A DNA stretch of 63,814 nt, the filler included, from Folioceros fuciformis (Eukaryota): assembly GCA_049999805.1 (NCBI GenBank). It is 4 parts of 4 records of this genome, joined end to end, with 100 filler letters (N's around TTAATTAATTAA, not from the genome) between each part and the next. Parts side by side here need not be neighbours in the genome. Positions count along the whole stretch, not along the records: positions 1 to 20,703 come from JBNGIO010006337.1; positions 20,804 to 45,384 come from JBNGIO010006341.1; 2 more parts are not named here. The stretch is one strand, 5' to 3'. The notes beneath the pieces are model-generated. The model made no database searches. It saw only the letters and a program-made list of their open reading frames with translations, and was not told the origin of the DNA. Shown here one piece after another: positions 12,102-24,786 of this stretch. Positions within the stretch are counted from its first letter, which is position 1; each line of letters starts with the position of its first letter. The translations under genes were made by a program, and so were the position numbers.

Positions 12102-15100
12102 GCATTCCTGCCCTCCCAGACACATGAGGCGTGGTGCAAGAATCGCTCGAAGGTTTAAAAACTCTTATTACCCTCTTCTTTGTTGGCATTTTTTCCAGTG
12201 TTGGGAAAGTGGCAGGGTGGGAACGGCTTTGGTCTTCTTCATATGGTCCACTTTCGGCCAAAGTGTCTGACGACCAGCACAGGGCTCTGGATAAGCCGAT
12301 AATAGCTGACGAGGTGTTCCAAGCCCTAAAGGGGATGCTGAGGGATAAATCCCCGGGACATGATGGTATCCCTCTCGAGTTTCTACTGTGGGGGTGGGAA
12401 TTTATGTAGCCGTTATTCATGGAAGGGGTTAGTATGTTTTGGGAAGAAGGTAGCATGGGGAGTTGGTTCAATATGGGGGTTATCTCCCTGCTCCCTAAGC
12501 AAGACGCCAGCTTATCAATCTCCAAATGGCGCCTTATTACCTTGCTTACTACCACGTACAAGGTGATTGCTAAGGTACTGGCTAACTGAATTACACCCTT
12601 TCTTGATGATTGGATTGAGAAAGAGTAGCGAGGGTTCATTCAATATAGGTGCATTCTGGACAACCTATTACTCTTGAGGGAAGCTAAGTACAACACTCAG
12701 GTACAAAAGAAAGCTTCCGTTTTCATTTCCCTTGACTTTTACAAGGCTTATGATTCTGTTGAGTGGCATTTCCTGTGGCGGTGTCTGTGTAGCTTCGTGT
12801 TTGGGAACAATATCTGCAGATGGATAGCCATTCTGTGTGAAGACGCAGGAGCCAAGGTGGCTGTTAATGGGTCTTTTACGCAGCGCTTTGGCATCTCTCG
12901 GTCAGTACGTTAGGGTTGCCCCCTTGCTCCGTTCTTATTTATCATCGTCACTAACTTCTTTCTCCGAGCAGTCAAGCAAGACCCAGCAGTGGTGGGTATT
13001 CGGAACCCAGATGGAACGCAGCTAAGGGTCTCTACATTCGCAGATGATACTCTCCTCTTCTCTTTGGTTGAGGAGGCTTCATTGAAAGCGTTGCTCCAAC
13101 AGGTCAAGGCCTTTGGTGAACTATCGGGTTGCAAGGTGAATTGGAGCAAGACGCGCATGATGTGTCTTCAGATGGATGGGGAGCTTCCTCAGTGTATTAA
13201 TCACATTAGGCGAGTGACTTTGGGTTCTACCCACAAGTATTTGGGGCTTCCTTTCCAAGAGGGGGATGAGAATGGGGAGATTGGGAAGTACGTTTGCCTC
13301 AGGTTCATTTGCAAAGCGGCTAGTCTACAGTTGTTGGAGCTTAACCTGGTAGGTAGGCTGGTGGTGATTAATCATATCCTTACTGCCTCTTTATGGTATT
13401 ATTTGTTTTTATGGGCCCCTTCCAAGATAGAAGTGAAGCACCTACAACAAGTGCTGACCTCTTTCCTGTGGAAGCGTTCCGAGGACAGTACGGCTGGGTG
13501 CTCTAAAGTAGCTTGGCAACATATTATTGAGGCGCGTGGTTTGGGGGATCTTGGGGTGGTCGACCCGGTTGCCAAGATGAAAGTGTTGCATGCTCAGTGG
13601 GTTGTTAGGGCAGCTGATCTGGCGTACTATCCTTGGAAGAGTCTACTAACACAACATCTGGACTGCACCCAAGCTATTACCAGGGGAAGGAGATCTATCA
13701 ACAACATTTTGGTTGACAAACTGATTCTCGACACTGCAGAATGCTCCCCACTCTTCAAGTCCATTTGGAGCAGTTACCTGGAGGTTAAACAATACATTAT
13801 CCCGGGCAACTGATGTTATTGGTATTCCTTTGCAGGGATTCTCGAGGTTGTGGGTGCAAGAGTTCAGGTCAAGGGTTTATCGGTCACAAATTTTTGGGTT
13901 GGCTTGTCGGAAAGGCGTTATCCAGCTTGGTCATTTGTGGAACAAGTCAAAGGCTCATTGGAAGGAGATAGAGGAGGTCAAAGGGGAGTTTGGCTTAGGG
14001 ACCCAACATGTCAGACTCATTTTCTCGTGGATGCATGTGGGGCTAGAGGAAAAGGTGCAACAGTTCTTAAGGCAACAACCTACCATAGGAAGTGAAGGGT
14101 GGTATGCATACTCCATGGATAGTAGGGGAGTCGACTCGGAGGAGGAGGATGATCAGGTGGAAGCATTAGAACTAGATAGAGCGGTTTGGCTTGAGAGAAC
14201 GGATGACAAAGGGACGTTGCAGTCATTTAAGGTCTTGTCGCCTGAAGGATTTTTGGAAGAACAGGGCAGGGATGACGGGGAAGCCCGAGGAGGGGAATTG
14301 CGGGCTATCATTGTTCTTGTTAAGTCCGTGTGGGCAAGGCGATGGTGCATCCCATGCGAACGCCCAATTGGGCCACTACCCTCCGATAAAGCAAAGGTTC
14401 AGTGCTGGTTTCGACTGGGCAAGAATTGGACTCTGACCTTTAGAGCAGATCTCTACAAATGGCCTAGGCGTCCAGGGTGCAAGAAGGCTATCCCTCGATC
14501 TTTCTTCAACTTCCCTACGGCAGACTTGTTCCTTTGGTTAGTGCGAGTGCAGAAAATCAAGCAACAACAGCCAATGGCTCCCCGATTGCAACTTGCTGGA
14601 CGGCGACAAAGGGAAGCCATCAAACTTCTATGGAAGTCCGCAGGAATCCCCTCCAAGGTCAGGTCTATAGTTTGGTGTTTTTTTCAAGCTTGCTTGCCTA
14701 ATGCGGATCGGTGGGATGGGCTTTTAGCTGCGACGGGGGAGGATGTGTGTCGACTGTGCACCGCTGTGGCCCCGAACAAGAGCCAACACATGTTCTATCA
14801 TTGCAGCTTTGCCCAAGAGATCTGGAGGGAGGTTGGCAGGTGGCTCTGTTTGATTTTTCCTGGTGCTAACCTCAGGATCACGTCACAATCATCCTTATTT
14901 GGGCTGGACGTAACCTCGGGCAAACCTCTCCTTAAAACACAATGGTGGGGCTTACTGTGGTCTTCTTGCCTGTTCCATCTTTGGGTCAACTAGTCTACGG
15001 TGGTCTATGGAGGACAAGATTCACCTTCATCGAAAGCTTTGATGTGGCGCATATGAGAGCATTTGTTGATTGCAACAAAAGCTTGGGATCAATCCCGTCG

Positions 15101-15134
15101 GAAGTAGTTACAGCAGAAAGACTGGAGGATGGCA
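12102..15134 (+). mobile_element. Second copy of the same LINE (RT to zinc finger), inverted relative to the first, truncated at both ends
   Basis: Translations of 12131-12409, 12674-12913, 12989-13813 and 13830-14993 closely match the minus-strand copy at 7366-10381; multiple stops. Confidence 0.93.
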
Positions 15135-18100
15135 GGTGTGGAGGCCACAGGAGGAACAAACCTTAGAAAATGGTAGGGTTTTTTTTTTTTGGAATCTCTT
15201 ATTGAATTTTGTAGAGAAACGGTTAGGAGATTAGGTTAGATTATTAGTTAGATTAGTGGGTTAGTGAACAAGGTTTAGGAGGGTGTGTGGTAGATAGGAC
15301 ATGGGCTCCGGTTCCTCAGGATAGGGTGACAGAGGGACGAGGAACCCTAGAACGGGTCATGGGAAGTGAGTCGGGGTCCCCTTTGGCTGGTGCTGGTGGA
15401 AGCGGAAGATGGAGGTAGAGGTGCCTGAGGCCGAGNNNNNNNNNNGTAGTAGGCCGACCGGCTGAGGCGGATCCGAAGGCCAGGCAGGGCTACTGGGTCC
15501 TGGAGGTCCGAGCCGAGAACGCAGACAGGGCTGCCCAGCTACTGAGGAACTTGGCTAGCAGATCGGGTAGGCCCAGCTGCAGGCAGGCAGCGAGCGGGCC
15601 GTGGTCTAGCTGCCTAGCCAGACCCGGAAGGGAAATGGCAGACCGCTAGTCGCAGCTGGCTAGCAGGCAGGCAGCACCAGATCCAGGCAAGCGCGCGGGC
15701 AGGTTGGCTGGATCCAGTCACGATCAGCTGAGGGCTGCGCAGTTGGGGACAATCGCGGATGATGGCTGTCCAGCTAGGCTAGGGGAACAGGTCGGTCGAA
15801 CGAGGAGGGGGCTTCAAGTGCCGCTGCACCAAGCTGGCTGCAGCAGTGGGTGGCCAGATTAGTTAGACGACTGACGGCTCAGCGACAGCTGGGTCTGGAA
15901 GCCAGTAGGAGGTTCATTCAAGTTCTAGCCGATCAGCCAGCAGCCAACCGCTAGCAAATTGGGATACGGGCGGGCAACTCGACAGCCCTGCATAGCAGAA
16001 AGCCAGCAGGGTGCATGGCAGATGGATCGAGCTGTGTCGAAGTGGGTTGATGGCGGGCTGCGGGCTGGATCCAACAAACCGACTGGCCGAGGGGATCCGG
16101 GGAGGCGACCCGACTTGTCGATGGTGGCTGGGTCCAGGCAGTCAACGGGCGATCTGATCAGGCTACACAAGCCGCTGAGATGGATCAGAGCAGGTCGGCC
16201 ACAGGCGCAAGGGGCAGGCGGCCCGGCCCGTCAGCATGCAGGCACCCAGACCGGTCCGGCAGTGGCCAGCCCAGCCGGTGGGCTGCAGGCAGGCAAGAGT
16301 AGCGGGAGTCAGCCTGGCTGCTTGGCCAGCAGATCATGGGGTTTGGCTGAGCGGTCGGATTGGTCGTGGTTGCAGGCAGGCGGGCGGCCGGGCTGGTCGG
16401 ATGGCGGCGGGCTAGAAAGGCAGCCAGCAGCGCCTGGCCGAGGGGAGGAGTCTAGACAGGCATGGTAGGAGGCTGGGCCAGTAGTGGCCCGGCTGTTAGG
16501 CTAGCCGATCTGGCCGGATGGTCTGGAAGGTTGGAGGCATGTAGTCGGGGCCAGATCAAGCTGGGCTAGATCTAGGCGGTGGATCCAGGCCGGCTGGTCA
16601 GTCGGCCTAGCTGGATAGTCGGTTGGCAACCGGTAAGAAGGGGCCTAGTAGGGGTCTAGAGGAGGGCTGGGCCAGCAGCGGCCCGGCTGTGCCACCAGTC
16701 GAGTTGGCCGGCTGGTCATGGCTAGAGCCAGCAACGGCGTGGATCCCGCCTGGGGCTGGGCCAGCAGTGGCCCGGCTGCAGGTGGGCAGCCCGGCCTAGC
16801 AGCAAGCAGCCAACAGGGGGGGAGGCAGCCAGGCTGTCGCCTGACGGCTGGCGACTAGGTGAATCAGCAAGGCAGGGGCGATTCGATCCAGCCAGGGGAT
16901 AGCAGGCTGGCCGGTGGGCGAGTTTGAGGCTGGATCGAGGTGGTTGGCTGGGTGGGATTGTGGAGTGAAACTTGCACCCAAGAACCACCAAGGGGCCACA
17001 CTTCCCCTTATTATCGTTGCAGTCTTATGATTCGCTCCCAAGGGAGTGAACTAATGTCAAGGTTACCTACATCTCCCTAATCTCACCCTATCTATCAGCA
17101 TATACCAAGTGCTACAGCAATAGGTCAGAAGCCTCGGTCCTGTCTTCGGCTCCTACCACAACACCAACCCCAGCCTCAACAAAATGAGAACTCCAGCATT
17201 GTCTTCAGCCTTCATTTCCAGCTCCAAGTATCAATCACTTCAGTGCTAAGAGGAGGCTCCAGCCCCAAGTCTGGCCTCCAACTCTCTGCACCTAGTGCTA
17301 GCTACCTTCGCAACTGAACGAGAACCTCAACTTCAGCTAGGTCCTCACTCCAGCTCCAACACTTCATTTCACCACTTCAGCACTTCACTTGAGCACTTCA
17401 GTCCTTCACTTCAGCACTTCAGTCCTTCACTTCAGCACTTCACTTCACCCTCCAGCCCCTTACTTCAGCTCAACTCCTCACTTCAACACTTCCACTTCCA
17501 AAATCTGCAACTGAACCCTTCTCTCCTTCAATTTGGAACACAACAGCCTTCCCTCTTGCAGCCTTCAAGGCAAAGGCGAGGCCTAGGGCTGGGTAGCCTA
17601 CTTGGCTCACGGCCCTGCAACCTCACCTCAGCCAGCATGCAAGGTGGTCAGCCATTGCGGATCCGGCCACACGAATCTTGGCAGTCTTGGGATCCTCCAC
17701 GTTCCCCTAGTGGCAAGGGAAACCAAGACCTTGGTTTAGTCTCAACCAGCTCAGCGCCCTAAGCCAGGAGTTCTGCACCCAAGGTCCAGGGAAATCGCAC
17801 TGTAGACAGCCCGCTCCTCAATGGCAGGTCTAGCCTCTTATACTACCTTGGCCCAAACCTCCATCTCTATCTATTAGGGTTAGCCTCAGTCAACCACCCA
17901 GCAATCTCTCTCTGACCTAAGCCGGCCCTAATTCTGACCTAAACCTAACTTTGACCTAACCCTAACTTTGACCCAAACCTAGTTCTGACAAGAAAGGGGT
18001 TGTGTCCCATGGACACCACTGGATGCCCTTACCAAAATTTACCAACCTCTCAAGACTACCAAAATGGTCAGTGCCTCTCAACCCTCTCCCTCCTCTCTCA

Positions 18101-20960
18101 AATCATTCCAGCAACCCTTCAAAGACACATCTCGCGTCACCATCAATCTAGCTACTAATCTAACCTCATCTTTTAACTATTTCACCACAGAGTTCACTTA
18201 GAGATTCCCAAAAAGAGAAATCCTACCATTTTCCAAGGACCTATGCAGCATGTGGAGTCCACAGGGATCCAGACGGTGACGAGGCGGCTGCGGAGGAGCA
18301 GGTCATCCTACAGGCGGCTTGGCAGGTGGTCTAGGCAGTTGCGGGCGGGATCGCTAGGCAGTCCAGCCCGGCAGGAGCACGCCAGCGTGCCGTCTGGCTG
18401 GGGGAGACCTGCTGGCTAGCAGGGTGGTTAGGATCGGATCCCAAAGCCGGGCAGCGGCCTGGCTGGCTGCCTTAGCCAGGCAGTCGCCCAGCCTGCGGGC
18501 GGTCGGTAGGCAGCAGGGGTGGATTTAGGTTGGTCAAGACCGGGGCAGGATCCGGAAATTGGCAAGCGGCCCAATAGTAGCTGAATCCTGGCCGGCAGGG
18601 CGCTCCGGGGCATGGCAGGCCAGGGCAGGATTGAAGTAGGCCGTGTTGGCAAACGGGTAGGCTGGGTTTGGGTTGTGGTCCTGGGTGGATCCGGCCGACT
18701 ACGGGGCAAGGTGGGATTCAGCCGACCGGACAGCAGGTGAATCTCAGCAACGGCCTAGCCAGATTGCTAGTCTGGTTGCATTGGTGGCAGGCTGGCCGGA
18801 CCCGCAGGTGCAGTAGGCTGGGAGCTGAATTCGGGTTGAGGCCCCGGTGGGATCCAGTGGGCTGAACAGGCAGGTAGCAGCCAGACAGGTCGGAGGTAGG
18901 CTCCTGGCAAGCGCTAGTAAGGGCTGGAGGGCACATGGCCGGCAGGCTCCAGGAGGTCTGGCAAGATCAGGACAGATGGATATCACCAAGTGACTGCAAG
19001 CAAGTAGCCAGCTGATGACTGGCGGGCTGGCTGAACCGTAGCCAGTCGATGGGCTGGCTCAGTCGTGGCTGCAGTAGCCAGGCTGTTGGTGGCTGGATAA
19101 GCGGCTAGCACGACTGGAGCCAAGCAGGCGGCCTGGCTGATCGGCTAGCAAGGGCCGCTGCAGGGGATGCGCAACCTGGCAGCGGGCTGGATCGTGGCCA
19201 GGTCGATCAGGCAGGGAGCAAGGGGCTACCTTGCGACATGGATAGGCTGACGAATGTCGACCGGCAGGAGGTCGCCAGCAGGTGGGTTGCAGGCGGATCC
19301 AGGTAGGCAGGTGCCTGGCCGGATCGCCAAGGCAGACTACGCTTCCAAGCAGGAAGGCAAAACGGATTGGCAGGACCCGGTCCAGCCAGCTGGCAGGTGA
19401 CTCCAAGACGAATCAAGGTGGGGGTTGACCGGATCCAGGGGAGCTAGCAGACGTGCATCGAGCGGGAGCAATCGAATCAAACCTGGATAGCAGGCTAGAG
19501 GCTCGTCGGCCCTCCTCTTCTGAACGAAACCAGCCAGATCCTCGCGCCCGAGCCAGAATTGGAGTCCTGTCTCACCAAGCACTATCAGTGAAAGTGTGAA
19601 AATAGTTCTCCAACTTAGCGAAGGGGGGCCTGTGGAGGGAAGTTGGCTTGTCTCAGGCACCGAAGATGTTTTAGATCTGCTAGCCGGAACCAAGTAGGGA
19701 GCAAGAGGTAAGGGCCGGGAAGCTCTCGGGAAGTTGATATCCTACTGGGGTCGTGGGTGGAGTTGCAGAAGGTGGCTCCTGTGGAGGGACTAGCCAAGGG
19801 AAGTCCTGGAGGTTGTGGAAAGCTTGATGGTGGTGGAGCGGATTGCCAGGATAGTAGCTTGTTGTCCAGGGGGAAGCCAATGGGGGTGTTCTGAGTGACA
19901 CTCCAAGGATGACAGGCCTTCCTAACAATATGAAGCAATGGAGCATTCCATCTTATGATCCTACAGCTTGGGGAGAAGAAGTGGTCAATTTAGGAGGTGA
20001 CCTAGAAGAAGGGGAGGTTCGAGAGGCATTGGTGATTGTTGGTGGGGCAACTAGTGTCCAAGGGGTAGTGAGCAATTAGGGTTAGAATTAGTTCGGATTA
20101 AGGTTAGGTCAGAGTTAGGGTTAGGATTAGGTCAGAGATAGGTTAGAGTTAGGGGCGGCTTAGGTCAGAGAGAGATTGCTGGGCGGTGGACTGAGTCTAA
20201 CCCTACTAGATAGAGATGGAGGTTTGGGCCAAGGTAGTATAAGAGGCTAGGCCTGCCATTGAGGAGGGTGGGGTCTACGGTGCGATTTCCCTCGACCTTG
20301 TGTGCAGAACTCCCGGCCTAGGGTGCTGAGCCGGTTTGAGACTGAACCGAGGTCCTGATTCCCCTTGCCACTAGGGGAACGTGGAGGATCCCAAGACTGC
20401 CGAGATTCGTGTGGCCGGATCCGCAAGGGCTGAATATTTTGCAGGCTGGTTGAAGTGAAGTGATAAGAGAGGACTGTGAGCTAGGAGGGCTATCCAATCC
20501 TAGAATCCACACCATGCCTAAGATTGCAAGGGGTGAGGCCGTTGTGTCCCAATTTTCCGGGAATAGCTGAAGCAAAGAGAGAGAGAGCTGGAGTGAAGTG
20601 CAGTGAAGTGAAAAGTGAGTTGCTGAGGTGCAGGAGTGTGTGCTGAAACGAAGTGAAGTGAAGTGAAAAGTGAGTTGCTGAGGTGCAGGAGTGTGTGCTG
20701 AAANNNNNNNNNNNNNNNNNNNNNNNNNNNNNNNNNNNNNNNNNNNNTTAATTAATTAANNNNNNNNNNNNNNNNNNNNNNNNNNNNNNNNNNNNNNNNN
20801 NNNGACTCACCATAAATCTAGCTACTATTCTAACCTAATCTCCCAACCTTTCCTCTACACCACTCACTCACAGATCCAAAAAAAAAAAACCTATAATTTC
20901 CCAGGGGTCTGTTCAGCATGTGGAGTCCACAAGAGGATCCGGACCCTACCACCTACAATT
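15135..20960. repeat. GC-rich degenerate repeat complex built from fragments of one unclassified non-coding element in both orientations
   Basis: 17648-17980 is the reverse complement of 20095-20433; a ~130-bp module ending in a TGTGGAG[T/G]CCACA hairpin occurs at 15135-15270 (-), 18130-18265 (+) and 20803-20935 (+); CACTTCAG-type microrepeats at 17340-17520 and inverted at 20570-20700. Confidence 0.7.
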
Positions 20961-21842
20961 TCCCTGCCAGCAGTTGATCCTCCTGTACACACGAAACCAC
21001 CAAGCCCGCCTTATCATAGCATCCATTAGCCCCTAAACCTTGAAATGCACTCTTGTGTGAAGAACCCGCCATCGAAGGGAATGCCTATTGCAGTGACCAT
21101 GACCACTGTCACGGAACCACCTGATTGACATATGAATGACGGAATCTAAACAGCGGGCATAGCCAGCTCGCAGTGCATGTCTCCTAGGCATAAGGCAGCT
21201 TGCTTGATCATCTGTGCTGTCCCGAGCCCCACCCAAGATAGAGTCGTCATCGTGGTGACCTTACCAATCCTGCATACACCTGGACATGAACAAGTTGCAG
21301 TAAGAAACCCGGAAGCCAGTACTATGAGTTGCAACAAGAATAGCTGCAACCTCTGACGTGTATTGCAAAAACCTACCACAAGAACTCCAGTCGTCATAAG
21401 CGAATGTATTGCAGGTGCGAAGTCCATTCGTGGCTTGCACTGGGAGGCCATAGGGGCTTTCTGTATGCACCACGAAAGCAAAGCTTAGTAGCCGAGAGGT
21501 AGCAAGAAACACACAAATAATAAGGCCTCGACAACATTGTTCAGGATATACCTTTGTGATCTGTTTTTCGCGAGGCTGTCAATGACGGAGGTGGAGGGCG
21601 TTGGTATGGATGGCAAGAAGGGGGGGGGGAGGGCTGAGCGCATGAGCCCAAGCAAGCTTGGCGGTTGGGGGAAAGCGTGTGCGTCGGAAGGGACAAGGCA
21701 GGCGAAACCCTAAACCCCGAGCACGAAAGGCAGAGAAAGGGCGGCGAGAGATTTGGCTAGGCTAGTGGCAGCTTTTTTTTGATCCGAGGAAACGTGTTTG
21801 AAGTGGCCTCTAGACAAGTTTTTTCATATGCATCTGTCAAAT

Positions 21843-22207
21843 GTCCGATTTAGTTTTGGCCTCCAAACTCGCGTACACGCCAGAGGGGTCCGGTTTGGTT
21901 TTGGCCTCCAAACTCGCGTACGTGCCAAAGGGGTCCGGTTTAGTTTTGGCCTCCAAACTCGCGTACGCGCCAAAGGGGTCCGGTTTGGTTTTGGCTTCCA
22001 AACTCGCGCCAAAGGGGTCCCGTTTGGTTTTGGCCTCCAAACTCGCGTACGCGCCAAAGGGGTCCCGTTTGGTTTTGGCCTCCAAACTCGCGTACGCGCC
22101 AAAGGGGACACACCTCTTTGGTTTTGGCCTCCAAGCTCGCGTACGCGCCAAAGGGGACACACAATCGCCAAAGGGGACACACAATCGCCAAAGGGGACAC
22201 ACAATCG
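21843..22207. repeat. 45-bp minisatellite (about 7 copies, one with a 6-bp deletion) followed by three 20-bp units
   Basis: Unit GTCCGGTTTGGTTTTGGCCTCCAAACTCGCGTACGCGCCAAAGGG, then CGCCAAAGGGGACACACAAT x3. Confidence 0.92.
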
Positions 22208-22546
22208 GTATGTTCATAAACCCTAAACCCATGTTCTAGAGAGAGGGGGCGTGTCCCCTTTGGTATGCCATACCCACCATCAGGTAACGTGTACAATAGA
22301 GGGTTCTGGAAGGACATTTTGTAGGCCGGTATATATTATAGGAACCTAGAGTGGGCCCTTAGTNNNNNNNNNNTTTTGTAGGCCGGTATATATTATAGGA
22401 ACCTAGAGTGGGCCCTTAGTTCTTGAACTCTGTTCTCCATAATGTTTGAAAGTCTCGCAGTCTAGGTGTCTATGGTGGCCTCATGGGCTGTTTAGGGTGT
22501 GGGTTTACAGTAGGCAGAAATCACTTCTCCGTCCTTGTGTTCCCCT

Positions 22547-24330
22547 TCATGGTCGGCCTTTACAACTGCAACCACCACTGGAGAATCGATGCACACGGTA
22601 CCCATCCCTCACAACAATGTCTCTCTGCTCAAGCCTTGATATGACCTCCGTGGAACTGCGGCAATCACTGCACATGCGTAGATTCTTCGTTACCACCAGA
22701 CGGATCCTGTGGGAGTGTTCAACAGGCCAAACGCCAGCGCCAGCTTCTCAGCGTGCCCGCACAGTGCATCCTCCTTTTCCTTCTCACCCAATGGCTTCAA
22801 CACCAACCTTGTCTGCGGTACGTGGCCCCCTTCCTGCTTTACACAAGCATTCGTGCTCTCGACCTTGAGCAGAAGCGCAATATCCTCTCTCCCTTCTCCT
22901 ACCAAGAACCTATGTACCTGCTTATTTACCTCGATGGTTGCCACTGCAGGTTTCTTGTTAGCTCCTGCGACCATTCTCTGTGTTTCGATCCTGTCTACCT
23001 CTCACCTACCTGCATCTGCGAAAGCATTGGCCATGAGCACATGCGCAGACGTGTTTTGAGGGTCCAGCCTCACGATGCTTTCAAAACACCACCTCGCCCT
23101 CTCTATATCCTCGTGACTTCTGCAAGCGTGCAACAAGGCCGTCAAGCCCACAACATTACTTTCTCCCCCCTCACATGATAACATCTTCTCAGCCTCATCC
23201 AAATGGCCTGCACGCCCAAGAAGATCAACCATGCAAGTGTAATGCTCAATAGTAGGTTTGATGCCATGCTGTGCAGCCATGGAATCGAAGTACATGAGAC
23301 TATCATGGACCAGTCCCACGTGACTGCATGCTACCAAAAGGCAAGCGAAAGTAGCATCATGGGGCTGAATACCGGCAGCTAACATGTCCTCGAAACAAGC
23401 TAGTGCCTTGTGACCTTCGTCACAGGAACCGTACCCGGCAATCAGCGCATTCCATGTCACCACACTCTTTGTGGCCAAGCTGTCAAAACCTGGCGTGCAT
23501 CTTCCGCTTCGCCACACTTTGCATGCATGTCCACCAGGCTTGTGCCCACCACCACTTTGTCCAGCAGTCCTCTTCCCACAATCTGTGAGTGCAGCTGCCT
23601 GCCCTTCTGCAACGCACCAGTGCTTCCACAGGCCTTCAGAAGGCAAGAGAAAGTAACATCGTCAGCTACAATGACACCCGGCTCCTCCATTTGTCCATAC
23701 ACAAGAAGCGCCTCTTGGCCCAGTCCTTGCTGTACGTACCCAGCTATCAGAGCATTCCATGTCACCACATTCTTGTTCGGCAAGCTGTCAAAAACCTGGA
23801 GTGCATCTTCCAATTCGCCACATTTTGCATACATCTCCACCACGCAAGTGCCCACCACTATGTCATCCAGAAGATTCCTTTCAACAATCTGCAAGTGCAG
23901 CTGCCTGCCTTTCAGGATTCCGCGCTGAAGCAGCGCAGAGGAGGTCCGGGGAGTCCCACACTCTCCATGTATCTTCCAAGCGACCCCACTTTACGTTTGC
24001 AGACATGTTCACCAAACTGCAGGCTACAAACATATCATCTTCATGTCCTCGTTCCTTAGTTTGCTCATGAAACTCCTTTCCTCGCTTTAAAGAGGTTCTG
24101 CCTGAATTTGCAGATGCCTGCAGACGCAGCTAAATGTCACGGAATCAGGTGTAGCCATACCCGTCCTCTTGCATAGCACTGTACAGGCGAAGGGCTTCCT
24201 GGCCCGTGCCGTGCTGGGGAGTTTCCTGCTATCATGGCATTCCACGTTTCCACAATAATTTTCTGACCTAATTCATCAAACACAGCTGCCACACTCGTCG
24301 TGCATCCTGCAAGCTGCAAAATCACAGAGA
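22547..24330 (-). pseudogene. PLS-class PPR protein with E and DYW:KP domains (GRP C-terminus), putative U-to-C RNA-editing factor, disrupted
   Basis: PPR motifs (VVTWNALIAGY, DDVTFSCLLKAC, HYTCMVDLLGRAG); KKPAVATIEVNKQVHRF, GHVP, HAEKLALAFGLL, TKNLRMCSDC, VRDGYRVHRF, CSCKGRP-stop (22547); frameshifts near 22700, 23495 and 23900, in-frame TGA at 23002. Confidence 0.9.
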
Positions 24331-24369
24331 AGTGACCACGTTTCTGTCACTCTCCAGTATAGTTGGTGT

Positions 24370-24741
24370 GGGTTGATGGCGGATTGGAATTGATTGGGAA
24401 AAACGGTAAGCATCGACCCAGCTTGAGGACGACAGTGGAGCGGATTTGAAGAGTCGGAGAGGTTTAGCTCTGACCCCGCCCTGTTCGTACAGGTAGCAGA
24501 TTAAGTTGGCTTCATCCGTTTTCTTTCCTCTCTTCTGCAGAGTGGCGAGGCGTAGTGATGTACAGCATCCGCTCGGGTTGATGGCGGATGGGTTGTGACC
24601 GGGAAATCAACCCAGCTTGAGATCGACCGTGGAGCGGGTTTGACGAATCGGAGGTTTAAGTTCTGAGCCCGCATTTCCCCACACCCTCAGGAAGCAGATT
24701 AAGTTGTGCGTGCCAAAGGGTTTGGCTTCATCCGTTTTCTT
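24370..24741. repeat. Diverged direct duplication (about 155-165 bp units) upstream of the Crinkler-like gene
   Basis: GGGTTGATGGCGGAT...ACCCAGCTTGAG...GTGGAGCGG...AGCAGATTAAGTTG...GGCTTCATCCGTTTTCT at 24370-24524 and 24575-24741. Confidence 0.75.
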
Positions 24742-24786
24742 CACGCTTCCTTATGCATAACTACGTGACTGTCCTTATTATTCAGG

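Noticed and set aside
15925-19946. Numerous Pro/Ala/Gly/Arg-rich ORFs, including the LQHFSPS-repeat ORF at 17295-17762
   Set aside because: Open frames expected in GC-rich low-complexity repeats; no recognisable domain
20704-20802. TTAATTAATTAA between N-runs (also at 45385-45484 and 62696-62795)
   Set aside because: Identical linker in three gaps with stops in all six frames; an artificial scaffolding spacer, not biology
21798-22317. Repetitive ORFs in five frames, and a possible CRISPR-like array
   Set aside because: By-product of a 45-bp tandem repeat; no unique spacers, no cas genes, eukaryotic context
22317-22420. 47-bp direct repeat on both sides of a 10-N gap
   Set aside because: Most likely an unmerged contig overlap
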